A stretch of 55,960 nucleotides of DNA, filler included, from Sphacelaria rigidula (Eukaryota): NCBI GenBank assembly GCA_964200075.2. It is 5 parts of 5 records of this genome, joined end to end, with 100 filler letters (N's around TTAATTAATTAA, not from the genome) between each part and the next. Parts side by side here need not be neighbours in the genome. Positions count along the whole stretch, not along the records: positions 11,215 to 22,326 come from CAXNAA020005371.1; positions 22,427 to 33,538 come from CAXNAA020005372.1; 3 more parts are not named here. One strand, 5' to 3'. Under the pieces are notes generated by a model, which worked only from the letters and a program-made list of their open reading frames with translations, was not told the DNA's origin and searched no databases. Positions within the stretch are counted from its first letter, which is position 1, and every line of letters begins with the position of its first letter. A program made the position numbers and the translations under genes. Below are positions 13,392 through 25,500 of the stretch, in pieces.

Positions 13392-13588
13392 GAGTTTTTT
13401 GTTTGTTTGTTTTTTCTCCCCTCCCCGGAAGTCACTCTTGGCTTTGCCAAACAAGGAGAAGCGGCGAGCGCTCCGCTCCGCACCACGTTTTGGTGGCTAC
13501 CGTGTTTCTCTTGTCTTGTCCGATTGTTCAGTTTTCCTCGTGTGCCGCTGCGATCCAGCGTAATGATGGGGTGCTGTATATTAATTAA

Positions 13589-13700
13589 CCCTTTTGGCGT
13601 GTGCCCTTCGACGGTTTTTGTTTTTGTGCATCGGCATCATTTTCAATTCAAACTGATGCCGATTTTCCAAAGCAAAAATCGGCAATGGGTTTTCAAAGGG
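13589..13700. mobile_element. 112-bp piggyBac-type miniature element
   Basis: TTAA on both sides (13585-13588 and 13701-13704), ends CCCTTT ... AAAGGG, internal hairpin ATCGGCATCA...TGATGCCGAT. Confidence 0.65.
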
Positions 13701-14129
13701 TTAACAAAAGTGGTGTACTGCCCCGCACTATGCACACTGTCCACTGTTGTGCGCGCGGTCGATGACCTCACCCTTTCGTGTAATACCTCAATCGTATTGC
13801 TCGCAGTTGCACCTACTTGAAAAAGATGCAGTATTATAGTAGTGTAGGTAGCCCACAACACGTGCTCGAAACTCTTTTTTTTTTGTGTGTGTGTGTGTTG
13901 ATGATTTTGTGGGTGCTGCGAGGGTGGTCGGGTCCTGCGCCTTTTCGAGTTTCTCGTTGAATTAATTACCTGGGGGAATATTCGTGATGTTCAGATGCCC
14001 CAGTACATTACTTGTAAAACCGCTTGCTTGCTTGCTTGGTGTTTTTGTTGCTCATGCATAAGTCGCATTCAATATATACAACAATGACAACAATAGTAAT
14101 AGCAATGATTGTAGTAGGAATAGTAGTTA

Positions 14130-14743
14130 GAGGAGCTGAGCCGGCAGTAAATCCCGCATTCGTCCTCCACACCACAACTTCTCAAGTTTTGCAAACCAGC
14201 GCGACTTGAGCATATCGCTGTCAAGTGCAGGCCAACCTGGTAACACACGGCACCGCCGCTGGATGAAAAAATAAACGGGGAAAAAAAGTACTGCATAACA
14301 TATTGTGTTGAGGACGGTTGAAAAAAAAGAGAATCTGTCGGGATTGGAACTCATGTCCTCGATGATTGGAGTCTCCTGTATCACTTGAAGTAAACGGGTG
14401 CGGCTGTCTCACACGAAAGTGCGATGCCGCTCCCAATTTGAGGTATTTTAGGCCGAAACTTTCACCAGAATGTCGTTGACGCGAGTGCCCGCATGTGTTG
14501 GAGCGTTGTCGTGATTTTCATCCATTTTAAAGGAAGCTATAGCGTGTTCACCGTTTTTGCTGAAACTTCAACTCGCTCTTCCTTCCTGTTTTTTTTTTTT
14601 TTTCCCTCCTCTGCACCCCCAATAGCGTTGCGCGGGTTGATGATGAAGAAATGTCGTGTCAAAATTTCAGCAACTAACTCTTGGAACTAGCAATGTTATC
14701 TCCACCCTTCGTTCAAAAATCACTGTCAGCTGACCCAGCTCGC
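14130..14743 (-). mobile_element. TIR element family D (tRNA-like cassette inside), diverged copy
   Basis: The reverse complement is colinear with 29613-30210 over the whole length, including both ends (GAGCTGAGCCGGCAGTAAAT / CACTGTCAGCTGACCCAGCTCG) and the tRNA-like segment. Confidence 0.7.
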
Positions 14744-14864
14744 AGTATACTGTGAAAGTTATGACGATGAAGATGGGAATGGTGATGATAAATTATGCAT
14801 TTTGTGATGACAGTTAATTTATGGTGACGATGATGGGTTTTTGCGATATAATTGATCATCACAG

Positions 14865-17800
14865 GTAGTGGACGAAGACGTGTACCAGCGACAAGGGGAT
14901 AACATCATCACATGGTGCGAGGCGCCACCCCTAATTGGAGCGGCCAACGGGACGGGCGCGTCAGCCGCTGGGGGGGGAGTGGATCTGGCTCTCAGCTTCC
15001 AGGTACAGTGTACAGTCAATACTGCTGCAGTTGATCAGCTGTCGAAAATAAAAAACGGTATTCTGACACAATGACCGAAAAGCTGCCAGCCCTTTTGATT
15101 TTTCATAATCAATATCAATCAATCTTGACCCTTGGACTAGATATAAATAATACATGGAGTTTTTTTTTTTTTTGGTGAAAGAAATCGCAAATTATTCTTC
15201 ACGTACAGTACAAGAATCAATAATCCGCGAAGGGGTACAAATGACTGCAATAGCTCTCCCCTCCTCTCCACCCCCCAGACAATGCGCAAGCCCCAAAATT
15301 GTCACGAATAAAATGGACATACGGCGCATAATAGCCGGTTCCAGACGGCATGGAGCGCCTCGTATGGGCGATATTCACAAAAATTGTCTCAAGTTCGAGA
15401 AATCTTCGCTGCTCGGTGTGGCCTTCGTCGTTCTGATTCGCATGCTGATTTTGCCTCCCCAAACACGGGGTTGAGGGGGGGGGCGGGGGACTATTGCGGT
15501 ATCACTCTCAGATGGAGTGCTCCACTGTCGGACAGTTGAAGCCGCCTTCAATTTTTTCGGGATGAAGTTACCGTCATTACTACCGATTACTACTTTCGAA
15601 ATACTGGTAGGTGATGAAGTTAATTATTGAAGAGCCGAAAACGACCGCCTCAATACGGTACGGTGGAGATGTACAACAGTAGACGCCACCGTACTGATGC
15701 GCGATTGAGTATCTGAACGGTCGTCACCCGGGGGTGGTGTCCACGGGGTGGTATCCCACGTAGCTACTGGTGGTGTGCACAACTGTCGTCACCGATACGG
15801 TAGGTCCTTATCGTAGGATTCCAAAAGTCATGGGAGAAATAGGATGCAAAGTTGAAGAGTACGCATGGATAGGGAACAACCGGAAGGGGCAGAAGGACGA
15901 GGGCAGGGGAGCGGGGGGAGTAGGGTTTTTAGTTGAGGAATACCTGTGTGACATTATAGAGTTGATCGATGACACGAAATTCGTCGAGAGCATATGCCCT
16001 GTTGATGATTTTTATTTTCAATTTTTAGCACATTACCCCGATTTCTCGAACCCCGTGGTCACAGGCGTAGGCTCACCTTACCAGTTCCGTTGCTGTCGTT
16101 CCTCGCATGAGATAAAACGCTCATTGCTTCTCCGGAGACTCCGAAAACAAAACTAGATGACACACAATAAAACAGTGATCAGAGATACGTCGAGAAACAG
16201 ACGAGGAAAAGCCTCCCCCGAGTTGTTGGGGGTGGGGTAAAAAACCCCCCATCGTATTGTGTCTGTCAACGAAGTAAACGGGAAAAAAACTCGTAGTGAT
16301 TTTGTTCCGAAATGTTCATGCTTCCATCTCTCGGGGTATACACAATAAGTACGCTGTAGAGAGAGCAATGTAATTGAGGTGCAGTAGCTGAAATGTTGGC
16401 TATCAGCTTCCCAGATAAGCACTTGAAGTACTTGACGAACGAAAAGAACTGCTGAAAATATTCCGAAATGACGTTACGACTTCGTAGTAGACCGTGGAAT
16501 ATTTTTAAGTCTGGTGTCAAAATTGTTCCGGAAAAATGGAATCATTTCTGCCGAAGAACGCGGAATCGTTGAACATGTATTTTTTGCTGAATTTCTCCGA
16601 AATAACGACATTTTTTTTTTAATCAGAATGTGGGATGGTGGTATACGGAGTATATCACATATCAAACTATTTCCGTTTTTTTTCGCCTGCAGGAGAACGT
16701 GGGATGCTTAGAAATCTGGGAGCAAATTTGCGAAGTGCAGGGGCGATTCGGAAATGACTACGGACGGGGGGCACGGGGGGGTGAGGCGGCGGTACCGTTG
16801 CCCGAACCCAAGATGGATACGCTGGGAGAGGTGAAGAAGTATAGGGAGTATATAGTACTGGGCGCCCGGACTAGTTTTTGTTCAGAAGGGTTATTTCTCG
16901 CGACTACTCTTCGATGGGACTCGAAAGTGCTACGAGTAGTATCGGTAGATATCTTGGTAAAATGAACGTATCGTTTCTTCCCCCTCCTCTCCCCCCAGTG
17001 CCCAGGTTAGTGTTAGTTGGTGTTATCGGGCGATACGAGTAGATACTCCGTGTATCAGGAGGGTGTTATTGAACGTGATACAGTTTTCCGGCTCTAGTTC
17101 AATGAGTAGGTAGAATTTCGAGAAAGCAAACCCATACATTTCCAGTACCGCACACCTTGGACAATAGAATACAGTCCAAAGTGTACTGCATACAGTATCG
17201 ACTATTGCGCTTATTGCAACAGACATTCGATTCTATACTGTACGCAGTACATTTTTTACAATGTAAGCTTTTGTCATTATCCAGGGTGTGACAAAATTGT
17301 CGGTATTGCCGCACACTTTGGATAATATATATACACATATATATCTTGGTCAATAGTTGCAATGGACCAAAAATGTACTGTGTACAGGCCTATTGCCACT
17401 ATTGCCGATATTGTTGTATATATGTCGTTGCAATAGATAAGCCTATACTTTGCGCTGTAGATTTTTTGTCTAATGCAACTATTTAACATATACGTTGTTA
17501 AGGGTGTGCAGTGCTGTTGAAGCATACTGGCTGTGATGTTGAGGATGTTTGAGCAATCGATCGGTGGATTGGGTGATGAAATGAATGATGGACTAGATGA
17601 TTTTTCTTGTTATTACAGTAAAATCTCATATGTTCACAAATACAATTGTGGCCACAGGATAGGTGTTCCGTACACCCCTTCCCCCGACAGGACGGAGATA
17701 AGATATGTAAAAGGTTTTTGTGTATTGTATGGAAAAAACGTAAGGAGCACCTAAATGTCGGAGACGCCTCTATTGGGAGTAGGAACGGTGCTCCGTCTCG

Positions 17801-18898
17801 AAAGGGATTCGCGGTCAGTGGTCGAACGACTAAGGCAAGCAACAAATAAGTACGTCCCCGTCCCCCCCCCCCCCAACCCCTGGCCCCAAGATGAAAAAAA
17901 CGGAAAACTGTACTCGTATAGTAATCGATGAACAGGGAAAATGGAAGTGTAATAGTGTCTGTTGTTTACGCTGCAATTCTAGGTGTACATGAGGAAATCA
18001 ACAATATGGAGACTCTTTCAGACCAAGTGGAGGAACACAGCAGCCCTGCATTGTATGTCTTGGATTTCCCTGACAGTCACAATAATAAAGGAGAGGTGAT
18101 ATGACCAGACAGCATGTCCTGTGGCGTAAGGGCTCCAAGCAAGGCCGAAAGTCTTTCTTGTCCGCGAGTTTTTGCCGCTGCTGCTGCTGCTGCTGGTTTC
18201 CCTCACACGTCCGCTCACGCTGCCTATTTTTGTGTGCGTATCTGCGTTTGCGACGTCGGGCGGGGGGGGGGGGGATTGATGGTGGCCTCTATCTCAGATC
18301 CTGGAGCTGCTAAAGGGTGCTGGGCCACAAGCGAAGGACGCATACGCTACATCTATCTCTGAAAAGGTACACACTCGAAAAAAAGGCCGAATGAGGGTTG
18401 AGGAACGTGAGATTGATGCACCAGTGCATATCCCGACTTGAATGTAAACTTACATACCTTTGAAGGGAAAATTATTTTGCCATCTGTGTGAAGACTTCGG
18501 TATATACTTGGCGATGTTTTTTACCCGGAGCCAAGGCGTGATGTATTTTTGGCGTTAGGTAGAGTGTGTTGCGCACGCAGCACTTCCGGGCGAGAGGCGG
18601 CTGTACTATTTCGAACCAAGCAGGACGGCTGGAACGGTGGAGCTACGATGATTGCGCTGTATATGTCAAAACGTTTTTGTGTTACGGTCATGCACGGAAT
18701 TTTGTCGGAGTTATTTTATCGGCGAAACGTACTCGTATGTAATTGAAATATATGGTTAGTCGCTGTGTCGTCGTGCTGTGTTGGTTGTGAGCAAAGGAGA
18801 AAATCCGGCAAAAGTCGGGGTACGTCATCTCGGGTTTTTTGTTTTCTGTAGCAGTTGACTCATTTTCTGTATTTTTCGCTGACCCGCGATAATGTGAG

Positions 18899-18936
<38 letters not shown>

Positions 18937-19851
18937 GGATATGTGGTACGTCTGCGTCTCCGGTTGGATAATGATGGTGTGATGGCGAAGAAAGTAAGTA
19001 ACGTGCGTCTATATTGGCATTTCTGTCGTGTTGCCATCCCCACCGTTTTCTCAACCTTGTCTCCATCCATTGCTGTTTTTGTTGTTGTTGTTGCTGCTGC
19101 TGCTGTTGTCGTTGTTCGTTAATGTTGTTGTGGTGGGATGTCGTGGCGACCTTCCTGGTGCTGGCGTGTGTATTTGTGCCGGCGATGTCTGGGCTTTTTG
19201 CTGCTGTGGATGTTGTGGATGGTGCTGCTAATGCGATGGACGCTGGCGATGTGTTTCGGCTGTTTTTTTTTTTTACATGCTGTGGATTCTGCGGATGCTG
19301 ACACTGACTTTCATTTTGGGTGCTGATGGCGATGGCGGTGTTTTTAACTCTTGCTGGTGGTGGCGCTGGTTGTTTGGATGATGACACACTTTGCTTGTTG
19401 CTGATGGACCATCTTCAAAATGCCTGGAACGTGCGCTGTTTTCTTCGGCGGAAAATCGGAACTTGACGGACGATCAATATCTCAAAACGGAACACCGCGG
19501 GCGGGGGGGACGTGGCCGGGGTGGTGGTTCTGTCTGCGGGGGGCATAATCCGTGGGGGATCGTGTGGGTGCTGGGTGACATACATCATCCGTGATTCCTA
19601 CTATGATGTGTGATTGGGGCTGGCGATCATCGGGGGGCGTGGGGCGGGGGCTGTATGGCTCCCGGCAAAAATCGGAAATATTGGGGCGACGGAACAAAAA
19701 ACAAAAACTCATATGACAGAACGGGGAATACGTGGGGAGGCTTTTGAAGGTTTTCAACGACTGCGAGGACTTGGAGGACACGGAGTCTCTGACAACGCTG
19801 TGCGCTATCTTTAAGGCCATCGTCGGGCTCAACGATGGCACGCTTTTAGAG
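14865..19851 (+). CDS. PPP4R3: Serine/threonine-protein phosphatase 4 regulatory subunit 3 (PP4R3/SMEK/PSY2), internal exons only
   Basis: Phase-0 GT-AG exons 14865-15002 (YQRQGDNIITW...DLALSFQ), 16693-16830 (ENVGCLEIWEQICEVQ...LPEP), 18298-18366 and 19720-19851 (YVGRLLKVFNDCEDLED...LCAIFKAIVGLND). These cover the end of the EVH1/PH-like domain and the start of the SMK-1 domain. The first and later exons were not found on this contig. Confidence 0.9.
15240..15512. mobile_element. MITE-like family B, copy 2 (PP4R3 intron)
   Basis: Shares CATAC.GCGCAT.ATAGCCGGTT.CAGAC.GCAT and the right end GGGGACTATTGCGGTATCACTCT with copies 1 and 3. Confidence 0.65.
15817..15995 (+). mobile_element. LINE (non-LTR retrotransposon) APE endonuclease fragment
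   Basis: Translates EYAWIGNNRKGQKDEGRGAGGVGFLVEEYLCDIIELIDDTKFVESI, matching the W.G..R....RG.GGVG.LV motif of L1/RTE-type endonucleases. Isolated within an intron. Confidence 0.7.
17151..17290. mobile_element. ~150-bp hairpin MITE-like family C, copy 2
   Basis: Ends CACACCTTGGACAAT ... ATTATCCAGGGTGTG; homologous to 13242-13391. Confidence 0.6.
18901..18932. repeat. (GT)n microsatellite
   Basis: Perfect GT run, followed by GTT/GCT low-complexity sequence to about 19120. Confidence 0.95.
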
Positions 19852-22079
19852 GTGAAAAGCCGCGCGTGTTTGGTTGGGTTGCTCTTGTATCTCTTTGTCT
19901 GCGTACCCTGTTTCGTCGTATCTCGTGCAAGTCTCGTGTATTGTAGGTCTCTCATTTCTGTACGTCGGGGTATTGTGTATGCGGGTATCTCTGTCTCTGT
20001 CTCCGTCTCCGTCTTTATCTCTGTCTGTCTCCTTGCCTCTCTGTTTTCTCATCTGTCTCGCCCACTTTTTCTCGAGTACATCGTAGGCAGGATTTACCTT
20101 TTTCCACTGATATTGGAGAATTGCTACTTGGTTTGAAAGCGGAGAGCGGGATCTATATCGAGTGGTGTTGGGTGTGTTTTTGCTCCTTGTATTGAAGAGA
20201 GTTTTCGGAGGGGAGTGCGTTTCTATTGACCCGATGTTATGAGCAGGTGAAAGAATATATTTTCATACAAATAATATACACACTTGCAGTACGAAACGTA
20301 CCGCCCTTAAATTGTCATTTTCTGCACTGCAGAGATTGTGGCGTGTGTCCTGGAACGCCTCGTTCCCAACTACTGTGACTCACGTTTTGCAGACGTTTTT
20401 TTGTGGCTCTTGCCCCGTACGGTAAGAATAGATCATCTATATTTATATCGATGTAGTAGATGCTTTCATCTGAACGTTTTTCCCGGTACACTACAGATCT
20501 TCACATCACATCCTTCATTTGTAGTCTTGGCACGCGTAGCCCCCGTGACGTTGGCTGTTGTTACTGCCTGGTGTCGGTGTCGCGTTGATCTATTTCATTG
20601 TGACGAGTTGAACTGAATGTTCTGTCTAACACAGATTACAGGTCGCTTCCACCAGTATGCAATACGTACAGTATACCAAAGGTCACTACCGCTTATTTGT
20701 AGCGCAACATATTGCAGATCACTGCCGTCAGTTCGCCGTGCAACATATCACAAATCGTATGCCGTCCGTGCAGCATGGAACAGACAACAGATCACTGCCG
20801 TTAAGCTGTAATACAACACATAATTCCATGTTACCGTCATTTTACACGTGCATCTTGCTGCCACCTGTAGCCCCGGTGAGTTTGTCCTGATTCTTGGGGT
20901 GCCGATGTCGTTCTCGTTGTCATTATTGTCGTTTTGCTTTGAAGTGAAGGTCTCGATGGCTTGCGATGGTTGTGGAATTCCTTTCAACCTTTGACTAAAA
21001 CTTTGTGGAGTGCTTCGATTCGAGGATAGAGTCGTTTCATGGTTTTCCCATAATTTCATGACTTACCAGATAACACCGTTTAGTTACCATCTCAGACCAC
21101 AAAAACAGAACTGTCAGGTAACCTATAATTGCTGTCGTCATCATCTATCCGGTATTACTGTTCTGATATATGAGAAATGTGATCTCCTTCGGCCCCATTA
21201 TTCCCTCAAAGTAGATCATCTGTTTCTATTTCAGACGGTTTGTTGAAGACATGAAGATTCCTGTTCGTCGAGGTTTTTTAGCTCTCCGGGAATAGCACTT
21301 GTTGTATTGGGGACGTGAGGCTGGCATGTAGGAGACGTAAGTGTCGGTGCTTTGGCGTGCGGAACGGAGAGCTTTCTGACTTGCACAAGCTGTATACGAG
21401 GAAATATACAAGTGGATATAAATAGATGCCGTTTGTGATCAAAACGCTCTTCTTTGTCGTCAGTTTTTGTGGCCCGGATATCGAAGCTGCATACCCACAA
21501 ATCGTAGGTGAGAGGGATCGTTTGAGATTTTTCATGCCTCGTGTGATGAGTGCTTATTTCCCTTTGGTTGACTTTTAAACTAACGGTAACCCTAAAGCCC
21601 TAGCAACCCTAACCCTAACTCTGTCTGCCTCGGACAAGGGGGGATTAAAAGGTTGCTCTAGGCATAGTGTGCGGTGACAGACGTCGAATCGGCTCTTGGG
21701 CAAAGCCCTGGCCGAGCTAGGAGCACGTTGAGACTGTCAATATGTCTATAGATCCGAATGTCCGTGTTCACCCGAACATCAAGTAACAACGATTGTTCAC
21801 GACCGATGCGTAAGCTCCACTGATCTGTACGTATTTGTGCGTTCTTATCCTACCTAGTGCTTGGCTCTGTTTTTGTGCTGCATCCTAATGTATCATTATA
21901 AAAAACTGAATACCACTCCGTACCTTGATATATATATTCATATGTGTAGCCGTTAGTAGTCCGTCATCATCCGAACATCTTGCATCATTTTCAATGCCTG
22001 AGCATTCATACACTACGTCACATACTGTATGGATACGTTTTCTTCACGTATTTAACTTCTTTTTTTCTCGTCTCTGATT

Positions 22080-22208
22080 CCCCCCCCCCCTCCCCCCTCC
22101 GAGCCTGGTCCGGCAAAAACCCGGCGTGCTCCGTCCCGGCTTTGTAGGGATGCGAGGTCAATGGTCTTATGACTATAGTATAGCATGCATGATCATGAGT
22201 ACACCCCC

Positions 22209-22210
<2 letters not shown>
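22080..22210 (+). repeat. Short dispersed repeat family E, bounded by poly-C tracts
   Basis: GCCTGGTCCGGCAAAAACCCGGCGTGCTCCGTCCCGGCTTTGTAGGGATGCGAGGTCAATGGTC...CATGATCATGAGTACACCCCC. Further copies at 42341-42448 (-), 42868-42947 (-, partial) and 50700-50845 (+, partial and duplicated). Confidence 0.8.
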
Positions 22211-22265
<55 letters not shown>

Positions 22266-22326
22266 ACACACCACCCCACCCCCCCCCCCCCACCCCCCAA
22301 CCCACCCCACCACCCCCCCCACCCCC

Positions 22327-22426
22327 NNNNNNNNNNNNNNNNNNNNNNNNNNNNNNNNNNNNNNNNNNNNTTAATTAATTAANNNNNNNNNNNNNNNNNN
22401 NNNNNNNNNNNNNNNNNNNNNNNNNN
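22327..22426. other. Artificial contig spacer
   Basis: 44N + TTAATTAATTAA + 44N. Confidence 0.98.
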
Positions 22427-22512
22427 TTTGAATTGGGGTGAGAGGGGGGGGGAGCTGAACAGGATAATGGTTGGGCGGTGCCGGGCGTGGGGGGCGGGGG
22501 CGGGGGGGGGGG

Positions 22513-22565
<53 letters not shown>

Positions 22566-25500
22566 GGAAGGGGCAGTGCATTGATCGATTATGACTTCGG
22601 CAGGGGATTCCGAAAGCGTCGGAGATCTGTCGCAATCATGGCCTGATACCGAGCCCATCGGGTCGCCGGACGAGCCCAGCCCTCAATCGCCGGCGCTGGC
22701 CGTTAGGAGGACGTTTTCGCACTACACACAGGTTGGAACATACTACTACTGCCGCTACTACTACCTCCTCGTACCACTACTTGAAATCTCATGTGTTCGG
22801 TCTCAAGTCTCTATATTTGCCTGTCCAAAGTCACGATTGATCTCACAGGATCTTTCGGGAGGGGCATGGTATAAAAACAGCAGTCTGTAGGTCCGTACAA
22901 TATCACCATGCAGTGCTACATTGCAGTAGTTGTAAGCAGTAGCGTACGCACGGGAGGGGTTGAAGCCAACAACTGCTTGCGAGTGTTGGCAAGGGTCGGT
23001 GTTGGCATGGTGGAGGTATGTCGCACACACGCGAAAATTTTGTTGCAAAAATTTGACTCATGCGGGGGGCACTGTGGACCAGGTAGACAGGGTCATCTTC
23101 CTGCCAGCGTGAACGTCCGAGCTCGGATGACGTCCAACCGAAATTGATTTCCATTGACTTTTTGAGAGTGGCTTGAGTACGGTCAGTCAGTTCAGTATTG
23201 TGCAGGGATGACAAGGAATGACAATGCCAGCGATGTTGCACAACCACGGCGAAGAGAGACTGACTCTTTCCCGGAGGATAAAGTAGCTCATATTAGTCGG
23301 AGCACTAGTCACCTCGCATCCTTCCTCAGAGGGGAGCTCCAGTTCACTACGATAACAGCGACCTGTTGCAAGAATGAGTGTCCAGACAACGTTCTCCGCA
23401 GGCTTGGTGTTGAGGTGTCTTCGTTGTCGATCCACAACGGTGCTGTGCGCGACAGTGGAACATATGACCGAGGCCGAAAAGCCCTCGATTGTTTTGGCGC
23501 ACTTTTCGGGGGGTGATTTTGGGGGATCCATGCCGCACAGAGCAAACGGCCGCAAGCGCGAGCCGCGTTCACGCTGGTTTCCCCCCATATCATCATGGGG
23601 GACGCATTCCGGGTTAAACTCTAACCCTTACGCACACCTTAACCCAAGGCATAAACGAGAACGCTCAGGCCGGGGATTTGCAAACGGGGTCCTACGATGA
23701 GAGTTCGTTGGTAGTTTGGGGAGATCAAATCGGCGCCAAAACGAGCACCGTGTGCGATGGGAATACTCGGGACTGTCAGCCCTCCAAAGATCTGAATCTG
23801 ATTACTATAGACTGAAATCAAGTGTTTTTTCAATTGTAAAAAAATGACGAACTCCCAACACACGGCTCAAAACATGCCGAAGGGTCTCAAACATGTTTCA
23901 TTCATCCTGAAAAATGTCTTCTTTTCTGTGTGACCCCAGTTGATACGGTTTGGTATCCCGAAAGATGCAGACTGATGACCAGAATAAATGGGATGCAACA
24001 CCTATACACACTGTCAGCTGACTACCATGGCACCGACACAATGAGCCAGCTGGCCTCGATGAAAGCAGTAAATATGTTGTTGTGCTGTTGAGCATGTGCG
24101 CTCTGCCACGGTTGGTGAACTTACTCTACTACTGTACTGTACATGGATGGTTCAAAACGGTGCATTGCGACTGAATCGCGCACTACTATAAAGCGCAGTC
24201 CGTACACAAAATGGTAGTCTCAACACCGAGGTGGTGTACCATTACCTCCGTACACACCACACGTCGCACACCCTACCGAGAAATTCTCAGTACGCACTTC
24301 CGAACTCCATCATTGCAGCACTGAGGTTGCCGAGAAATACTCAAGTCGGTCAGCACGCGCAAAAAGCCCTCTTCATGGAAGCACTGTGCTGTCGTCCGCA
24401 CAGACAGCGTTGGTGTCGCGGTCAACCGTATTGTAGTGTATACTACAGCACAAACGCAAAGCAGGCAATGGAACCGTTTTGCTCATGTGCCCGCCGAAAC
24501 ACGCCCCCTACTTGTGCTCCGCACCAACTCCCCCTACAACGTTTGCAGAGAGGGTACTGGAGTACATCGCCTGTGTACGCCCCACGGGCGGAATTTCCCA
24601 AGCCGCTCGTCGAAAACCTCCCGCTCCCACTCTCATGAACCTGCTCCTCTCCAAGTCCCACCCTATACACAAGTAATACATGCAGTAATACCAGCCGTTC
24701 CTTCAATACCGACCCTCGCGACCACCCCTCGTCAAGGTGTTCAAGTCAGCAGCTGGACGAGTCGCGTCCAGCGCGACCTCGGATGAGACAGTGAATTTCA
24801 CTTCTGTGTCGCTCAATTCGCGCTGTATCTACACCGCAATTCGGTACAGACTTGGCGCAATTACGGTACCAACCCACGCCAGAGTCTGTATAAATCGGAG
24901 TATAATCCTTTCTTTTGAGATAGATAACTCATGAGCGGTAGGCTAGGGTCGGTGACTGGACGATGGTTCATGGAAATAGAGCTCGCTCCTGTTCACTAGT
25001 TTAATGAAGATTGTACTGTAGTCTACAGTCAGTAGTGTGCTTGACTTGTGACTGGCGGCCGGGAGTTCTACCGGGGCGGTCGGGGTTACGGGGTCGGTTC
25101 GGTGAAACTCGTGTAGGCTTGTGTTATCGTTGGGACTGTTCATTGTTGGCCGTCATGAGCCAGCTTTATCTCGCACGCCTACAAGTACTGCTGTAATGAG
25201 ACCGTGAGTTAACGGGCTGAAAAAATAAGCCAAGATCAAAGCAAAGCGTCCAAAAGCAGCATGCTGATCGGTCATCCCGCCACATCATGTGGTACCAATC
25301 AATATACCGCCATGTGACGATTGCTCCTCTCAATGCCTTGACAAGGAAGGTGTGCCGTGCGTTTTGTCCGAGGGCACCTCTTCAGCAAAAGTCTTCTCTG
25401 AGGCGATGTTTTTTGCATGAAAAAACGCCTACAACCCTCGTCCTAACCATAACCATAACCCTAGGCATATCAGGCATGAAGTAGGATATCTTAGTCTAAA

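Noticed and set aside
11215..14864. Expected first PP4R3 exons (RVKVY..W.D.GTG motif)
   Set aside because: Not found by eye; presumably off the contig.
18825..19387. Overlapping ORFs with poly-Q, poly-C and HT runs
   Set aside because: Translations of intronic GT/GTT/GCT microsatellites.
22185..22658. Poly-Pro and poly-Gly ORFs
   Set aside because: Homopolymer C/G tracts at contig ends, some reading through N.
22900..23520. Faint Copia-like words (LKKS, DPVY) on the minus strand
   Set aside because: Too few and too poorly spaced to support a call without a profile search.
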